This document shows positions 54,769-64,000 of a stretch of 64,000 nucleotides of DNA, in pieces. The translations under genes were made by a program, and so were the position numbers. How positions within the stretch are numbered: position 1 is the first letter of the stretch; each line of letters starts with the position of its first letter. A model generated the notes under the pieces. The model was not told the origin of the DNA. It saw only the letters and a list, made by a program, of their open reading frames with translations, and ran no database searches. The DNA comes from the human T2T-CHM13v2.0 reference genome, Homo sapiens: NCBI RefSeq assembly GCF_009914755.1, contig NC_060932.1; one strand, given 5' to 3'.

Positions 54769-57700
54769 CTAACAGAGGAAAACAACATTTAATATGACTT
54801 ATTTATCCACAATGAAAGCAGTTACCACAGAGGTCCCCAGAGAGCCAAACATCAAATGCATAAATCATGGCTGCTCGACATCAACGCTGTTGGGTTTTTT
54901 TTGCCAAAACTGTCTTAACCTGAGGAAACAAGCAGAGGAGATCACAGGGCATTATTCTATAAGACCCTGGCCAGGACTTCTCAAAAAGGCCAACATTGTG
55001 AAGACAGAAATGGTGATGGGGACGTCCTATTTGGGGGAAGTCTGGAACAACAAGACAAGCAATTATGGGAGGTGATCTTGGGTTGTATTTTAGACTCAAT
55101 AAGCTCTTGGACATTTTTGGGACAATTGGGGATTTACATACAGTCTGTATCAGACAATAAGATTGTATGAATGTTTCTTAGGCGTGACAATGGCACCGTT
55201 AGGTAGGAGAGTGCTCTTGTTCATGGCGGACAATTTCTTCTTTGGCTGAACCACTGAAAAGTTGCAGACATGACGACACATTGTCCAAACATCTGAGTGA
55301 GAGTTGGGGAGCAGGGTGGCAAAGTATTGAGGCTGGGGGTCTGGGCGAGAGGTCTAGGGAAGCTCATTGGACCATTCTTTGTAATTCTGGGATCTTCAAC
55401 ATAGAAGGTCAGTGTGGGGGACCGTGGTCATAGATTTGCTGTTTTCCTGAATCAGCAGCCTCTATCAGGTGTGGTCAAGAAAGAACCACATAGAATGGAT
55501 TTATGCTCAGCGCTTTGGGGAGCCCAGAATGCACCTGGCCTTGGTTTGTGACCACCATGGTTCTCTCTGCTATTGCCAGTCCCTCTTCATCTTCCCCAGC
55601 TCCCCATCCCCTGCCAAACAAAGTGATTTTTGGCTTTCTTCTGGGTGGCTCAAGCTTCAAGTGTGCCCAGGGATCAGAACATCCAGGCCAAATGCTTTTG
55701 TGGGTCAAATTGGTTTTGTGCTAAGTGCCCATAAATCTCACCCAAGCTGTCTCGTTGTGTTGATGGGGAAGCCCCAGAGGCCCAGGGAGTGAAATGACTT
55801 CCAGGAGCTCAGTGGAGCACAGCACAATAACAGGTCCCCTGCCTGCCATCCTGTCCTCATCTACGGTGTTTCCAGGGTCTGTGCTGGCCACGACTCTGGA
55901 GGAAACCCACTTTAGACCCACAGGCAGCTGGCCTGCATGGGACAGACCCCAAGTCACTCCACTTCCAGAACAAAGCCACAGTTTGCCAGAGTGCTTCACT
56001 GATGACGGGGCCAGTGCACTGATAGGACAGGGGCAGGCGCCTCTGCAGAGGGCTTCAAAGGGTATCTTGGGGCCTGTCATTTGAAAAAGAATATTACAAA
56101 AAGAAATGGAGCCATAAGCCTCAGTGATGGTGGTTTTTTGGTCATTTTCTCCTTGCTCACCTCCCTCTCCTGGCCAATGTGCACAGACAAGGGAGGCCTC
56201 TGAGAAACCCTGTTCTTCCCTCCAGCTGCAAGTGATTGTCAGTGAGAATCAGGACCCATTGGCTTCCAGATATGGATGAGGCAGAGAAAAACGACCTGCC
56301 TAGGCTTATCTGCAAGCTTCTCATGCTGTCCCAATGTTCTCTTAAGGCCCTGTGCACAGATAAGGAACAGGTGAGCTGAGATTCATCAATCTCCCTCCCT
56401 TTGATGGGTGGGGTTTTAATGAGCACCTCCCAAGGAGGCTTTTGTGGACAGTGGTCTAAGTCCATTTGCCAACTCTCCTGAAAGGATGATGGACCCCAGT
56501 GGGAATCCTGGGCTGCAAATGAGCTGCTGTGACCATGCCTGAATGCAGGCATTCCCCTCCCAATCAGCCATGCACAGTGGGAGCGCGCAGATGCTTCCAA
56601 GGGGGTTCACATGTAGAGCCAGGCAGCTCGCTGTGCTTAAGGGGCTGTTGCCAGGATTTCAAGATGAAGCAGTGCAGGTGGCAAGAACAGATCTGATACT
56701 AGCTGTAGGGACAACCAAGTATCTCAAAACCCAGAGGGGTTGGTTCAGTCCTACGTAAAAGAGTCTAACAGGCTGAAGGCCAACACAGCACTTTCCACCC
56801 AGGATGGGTGCAATGAGGATTATAGCTGGATGGTCTCTAGCAAGTGTTGCCCCCAGGGGTCTTAGAGATATTACTCTCACTTGAACTCTTTTCAACTAAG
56901 AGTGCTCAATCTTCATCTATCCACTCCAAATATAGGAGGAAGGTTGGGCGGTGGTACTGATGATCCCTAAATACCTACAAGGCATGTTGATTTCTAGGTA
57001 CTGGCTGGTGGGCTCACCTTGGGTGATTCTGGTAGCACGTGGCTCTTCCTGAGCTCATTCTAACAGAAGTTGAACCCTACATCCAAGCAGCCTGCTGTGA
57101 CTTCGACCACCTTGCTGAATGGGCATGGTTAACTGGGAGAAGGGTATGAAAATCACTTGGATGAAAGAAAGAAATTACCAGGTGCAAGAGGGAGGAAGAG
57201 AGACCTGGGGCTAAGAAACTAAAATTGTCCAGCAACAAGAGATCTTCAGAAGGCTGTAAATAGCAACAGAAGTAGCCAGGAACATGGTAGAGAAATCAGT
57301 GGGAAGACCTAGAATCCTCTCTCTGTGACCTCTAGATAAGTGTTCGCCTTCTTCTCTGAACCTCAATGTCCTCGTCTGAAAACAAAGGCTGCTCAGTGAG
57401 ATGACTTGGACCAAGCTTCCTCCTGGCTTTGAGGATCTGATTCTAATGCTGATTGAGTGGTAGGAGTTGGGCATCTCTGTTTAGTGCTGTTTTATTAAGA
57501 GAAGAAAGAACCCTGAACCCTTAACTTGGCCCCTGCCCTCCCCACTCTGAGACCATTTCATGCTATACCTAGATATCTCCTTGGCCAGAGACCACAGCAG
57601 GGGGAAGAGATGGACCATCTGAGCAAAAAATGAACATCACCAAGCAAAACCAAGATTTGCCTCCATCCCCTAAATACTGACCATAAACAAGGATGTTTAA

Positions 57701-59219
57701 CTTTGAAAGACTCAGTGACCATCCTTCAAAGGGCTAAGCTGGTAGCAAAGAGAAGACATAGGAGGGAAATAGAGCCAAGATAAATTACAAGTTGCCTCAG
57801 ATACTTATGTCAGTGGTCATGTGAGGAGAAAAGACTTCATCCTATAATCCTTAATCCTGTAGAAGAGAGAATGTTTTCTATAGTTCCTGGGAATAGAGAA
57901 GCTCTGTTACCTGAGGCATTCAAGCAGAAGTATGGCTCCTATATGACCAAATTGACACAGATAGTGTAGTGGAGAAACCAGCTCTGTATGCAGGGTGGTC
58001 TCAGCGTCCCTTTAATTTGCTCCAAGGGCCTGCTGCATGCCCCCAGTGGGGAAAAAGGCAGGCGCCCTCCTCCGAGGGCTGAGTTAGGACATGGTGGTGT
58101 GAAGTCAGCTCCTTGGACTCTCCTGGGCTCCAGACTGAGACACCTGTCTCAGTTCTGTCAACAGCCAGCCTGTGACACTGAGCAAATCACCCTCTCAGTG
58201 CCTTGGTGTCGTCATAGATCAGATCACACCCCCCAACCATTTGAAGGCACCTCTTACAAAGGTTTTCATGAGAACCCCACATTTATTCCAGGCACACTCT
58301 TCTGAAGCATAAAGCATTCTGCAAATGCATTAGGGCTTTTATACCTCTGACCCCCTAGAGTCAACAATCTCATCCAAGAGGAAAAAAAAAATTGAACTGC
58401 TGCTATTCTCTGGACAGATTTTAGAGCCCCAAGTAGGGCCTCCCATTAAACAAAATCTTAAAACAAGTGAATCAATAAAGACCTTGAAGGTTGAGAACTG
58501 TCAACTTTGGCCTAGAGAATCTGAGGTTCGCAGACTCCTTCGAAGGCCCTGTGTCCTGGACGAAGGGGAAATTTCAACATGGGATGTAGCATTAAAGTAC
58601 ATGCACAGCCTTTTCAGAGGAGTCTTGAATGCTCCAGTGTTTCAGCCCATTGGCCCAAATGCTTGGGACTGGTGGCATTCAGGTGTTGTCTCCTTTAAGA
58701 AATCCTGTAGGTCTACTCTTTCTAGGGAGCAAAGCCTCCTTTCTGGGAGATCTCGTTGGGGCCTTGAGACAGGCCAGTAAACCGTGTTCCTTCTGAGTAT
58801 AGCCAAGGTCCATTTCCATGCAAGAGCCATGAACTTCATTTACAAAAGAGGAATGGGAGGATGGATGAATGGGTGATTTTTAGAAAATGGCAGGGATGGT
58901 AATGAGGGAAATTAAAGTCCCCTCAGTGAATCTGGAGGTCAAACTGTCCTTTAAGCCTGTTACTGTAAGAGCCTCCACTGTGCCATATTCTACAGCCTGA
59001 ACTACCCCCACCACCTCCCCCAAGAGGATAGCAGGTCTTCCCTTTGGGGTCATCCCCTATTGAGAGTAGGGAGGAATTTCTACACTACTCAGACAAAATT
59101 TTCCCCTGAGATTGGCAAGTTCCCAGTAGGCCAAGACATAGCTCCTTGCCTCTAAACTCTTCCTGAGACCAATGTGAACTTTACCCTATTTACAAATCAA
59201 ATGCAATTAGAGACGATAT

Positions 59220-60355
59220 TTCTTGAAATAGATATGTATTTTTAATGAGGAATGCCCTGTCAATTTTCATGAGGAAAAGGAACCACAGCCACATACTAAT
59301 ACCCATTCTCACCCAAGCATTCCAACACTATAATTCTTATTTATGCAGGGTAGGTGCTGCACAAAATCATCAATAAGAGGGAAATAGATACTCTGGGGTT
59401 CCAACAATTTTCCCGTTTCCCCTGACAATTCCAGTTGCATGGTAAATTGTTGGAACTGGAGGTGACAAAATTAAAAATGTCTTTTATAAGTTAATGTTAT
59501 TGGCTTTGGATTATTCCATTTCTAGTTTTTTTGTTGATAGCGCATACCAGTTTAACAAAGTGCATGCTTTTTAAAAAATGTCTGAACTGGCAAGCTAAGA
59601 TGGTTTGGGTCGTCTTGCCCACCCGCCCCTAAAAAACATTAATATAATTTAGAACCTAGCATTTAGAAAATATGGCCATGACACATCAGGGATAAGAACT
59701 GCTTAATGAAACATGCTTGATTTGGCAAAATACGATAAATCAAAAACCTTGTGGGTTTTGTCTTCCCGTTTTGTTTGGAAGCAGCCAAAAGCAGGCTATG
59801 ATGTGTGATGGGAAAGAAAACGGAATACCTAATACTTCCCGTTTTGTCACGACACACGTGCACACAGAAGCACACACACAACACACACACAGTCACTCAG
59901 TCCTTAGGAAAAGAGAAAGGAGTTAGGTCAGAGACACCACTAAGGGTAGGCGATTGAAGGCTGAGCGTGATGTGCAGCTTTGGGGTGGGTATCCTCTCAG
60001 CTCTGTCTCCGTGGTCTTGGTCTCACATCTGTCCCGGGAAAACCACTGCAGAGATGATGGGGTGGGTGGGGTGAGAAATGTAAGGCATAGTCTGCTGGGA
60101 AGGAAGGAGGAGATCCATGCTTCATGCTCAGATGTGAGTTTCAGAGGAGGATGGGCCTGTATTTCCCTTTGGCCTGCTCTGTCTGGCTGGAAAGGTGGGG
60201 GAAAATGAGACCAAGAGACCAAGAAAGGAGGAAGGAGAGAAAGTAATAATGATGACAATAATAATAATAAATAAATAAGAAAAGACGAGTTGGACCAATG
60301 GAAATTAACACCAACTATGACAAATGACTTTTCTGTCCCATTTCCCTCCCCACAC
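59220..60355 (-). other. KCNK9: Proximal unspliced KCNK9 3' UTR with candidate ATTAAA poly(A) signal at 59241-59246
   Basis: Directly follows TAG; contains AU-rich and UG-rich tracts; plus-strand tttaat at 59241-59246. The 3' end is inferred. Confidence 0.6.
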
Positions 60356-61384
<1,029 letters not shown>

Positions 61385-62929
61385 TCAGAAGTCACATGAG
61401 GTTAGGGGATGGCAGGGGGGTAGGAACATTTCAGTAGGGAGGGAGTTGGGATGTGCTGGGATGGAAGGGAAGAGAAAAAGAAGAACCAATGTCACTTGCA
61501 CTATGCCACTGAGAGGGGATGGAGGAACATTCGAATGCCATCTTAGAGCCACATAAAGGCTTTAAAAAGAAAAAAGCAGATTCACTACTAAGAGAACTCC
61601 AAAAGTACCAAGCCCAAGGGAGAAACCTCTCTATGTCCACTATGGATTGACATGAAGAGTGGATTTTCAAAGAATGATACCTGCCATGGGCCAGGCACAG
61701 TGCTGAATCCTCTTACATACATCACCTAATTCTAGCCTCTAAACAACCATAATGATTCCAACCCCACTGACAAGAAAACTGAGTTAGCAGGGTAGCTTGA
61801 TTTCTTCAGAGTTGGGATTTCAGCCCAGAGTTTTCAACTGCCAAGAATGAGGCTCAAAAGCAGAGACTTTGAATCAAGAGAGGCAACTGTAGAGTGAGAT
61901 GTAAATGCCACAAATGCATACTTTTAAAAATGTTTTGTTCGCTGCTGTATTCCCCCATACCTAGAAAGTAAAATATTTATTTAATAAAGGAATGAATAAA
62001 TTTGCACCACTCTGTGAATGGAGCCTGGATAGAAATGAGGAAACAACCCTTAAAGACCTTATGTGTGTAAGCACTTTTGAAATTCTTGATGCAACTTCAT
62101 TGCGTGGTTGCTGCAGGGAATCCAAGTCAAGACTGTATTTCCTCACATTCGAAATGAAGGCAATGATGTTGAATAGGTGAAGTCAGCTGCAGGGTCACCC
62201 AAGCTGGTCAGTGACAATGTCAGAGCCAGGATGGGATCTTCCCAATATGGCAGAAGGAACAAGAGACTCAGTAGGTTCAAACTGTGGGACTAACACTACC
62301 CAGAATAAAAACCTGGATCATGGACAGTGTTTTTTTTGGACAGAAATTTTGAAGGATGTACCTGGTCTTCCAACATCTAAAATCCTGCCCATCAAGATAG
62401 ATTTCCCTGATGGGACCCTGTCACATGTTCATCGTCACTTAGCTTGCTGCTTTACCTTGGGTTCCATAAGTTTTTTCAAACCCATGTGTCTTTATCTGTT
62501 ACATGGCATAATTGTTCTTAGGTGGCGTTGTATGGATCCGCCGAGATCAGACAGCTCCGAGCCAAGAGTCTGATACACAGTAGGGACCTACCAGACCCCA
62601 GGATCCTCTGCCGCTCCTTCCTGCATGAAGCTGCCTCTGACGGCTCTAGCTCACACTTCTCCATCAGGGCTTCATTGCCTGTGGCTCAGTCTGTCTGTCT
62701 CCGGTGGTGTGAATATGTGCCATAACCTACCTACCCCCATGGGCCAAACTCTCACTTGAAAAATGACATCACATGTTTGCCTCCAGAAGGCCTTCCCCCC
62801 ATCCTCTCTGGCCCTCAATCCCAGCTAGCGCTGAGCTCTGACACCCCTCTGAAACCCCTTAGTCCTTATGAAAGAAGAGATGATATGACAAAGTTAGGCC
62901 AGAAAGGACAGGGTGGGGAAACAGAGAAG

Positions 62930-63870
<941 letters not shown>

Positions 63871-64000
63871 GATGCAGGGGTGGGAATCCTACTATATCTC
63901 CATATAGCTCACCTGTAGAGCTGATACAAAAAAAGCCAGCTGGAATGCTGGAGAATAACAGGAGGTTGTTGGAAACTTCTTATTAAGTGGTAATGTTCCA

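Overview
Primate genomic DNA, almost certainly human chr8q24.3, covering the 3' end of KCNK9 (TASK-3/K2P9.1 two-pore K+ channel, minus strand) and about 45-55 kb of downstream sequence. The only real coding sequence is the 842-nt second coding exon of KCNK9 (61197->60356); the window ends inside its large first intron. The left half (1-34 kb) is AT-richer and dense in transposon relics (Alu, L1, L2, MIR, MaLR/ERV solo LTRs, MER5A, MER20, MADE1). The right half is GC-richer and has no recognisable Alu for about 29 kb. I found no new protein-coding or CRISPR-like system. The best leads are regulatory: a splice donor flush with the KCNK9 stop codon and a matching acceptor 5.6 kb away, several candidate alternative poly(A) sites (the best-built at about 47.7 kb), a 227/233-bp local duplication carrying an AP-1/MARE motif beside that site, a perfect RFX palindrome at 39.2 kb, a G-quadruplex/RE1-like cluster at 50.7-51.4 kb, and a perfect 4x23-bp minisatellite. 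Repeat subfamily names were assigned by eye and need RepeatMasker/Dfam confirmation.
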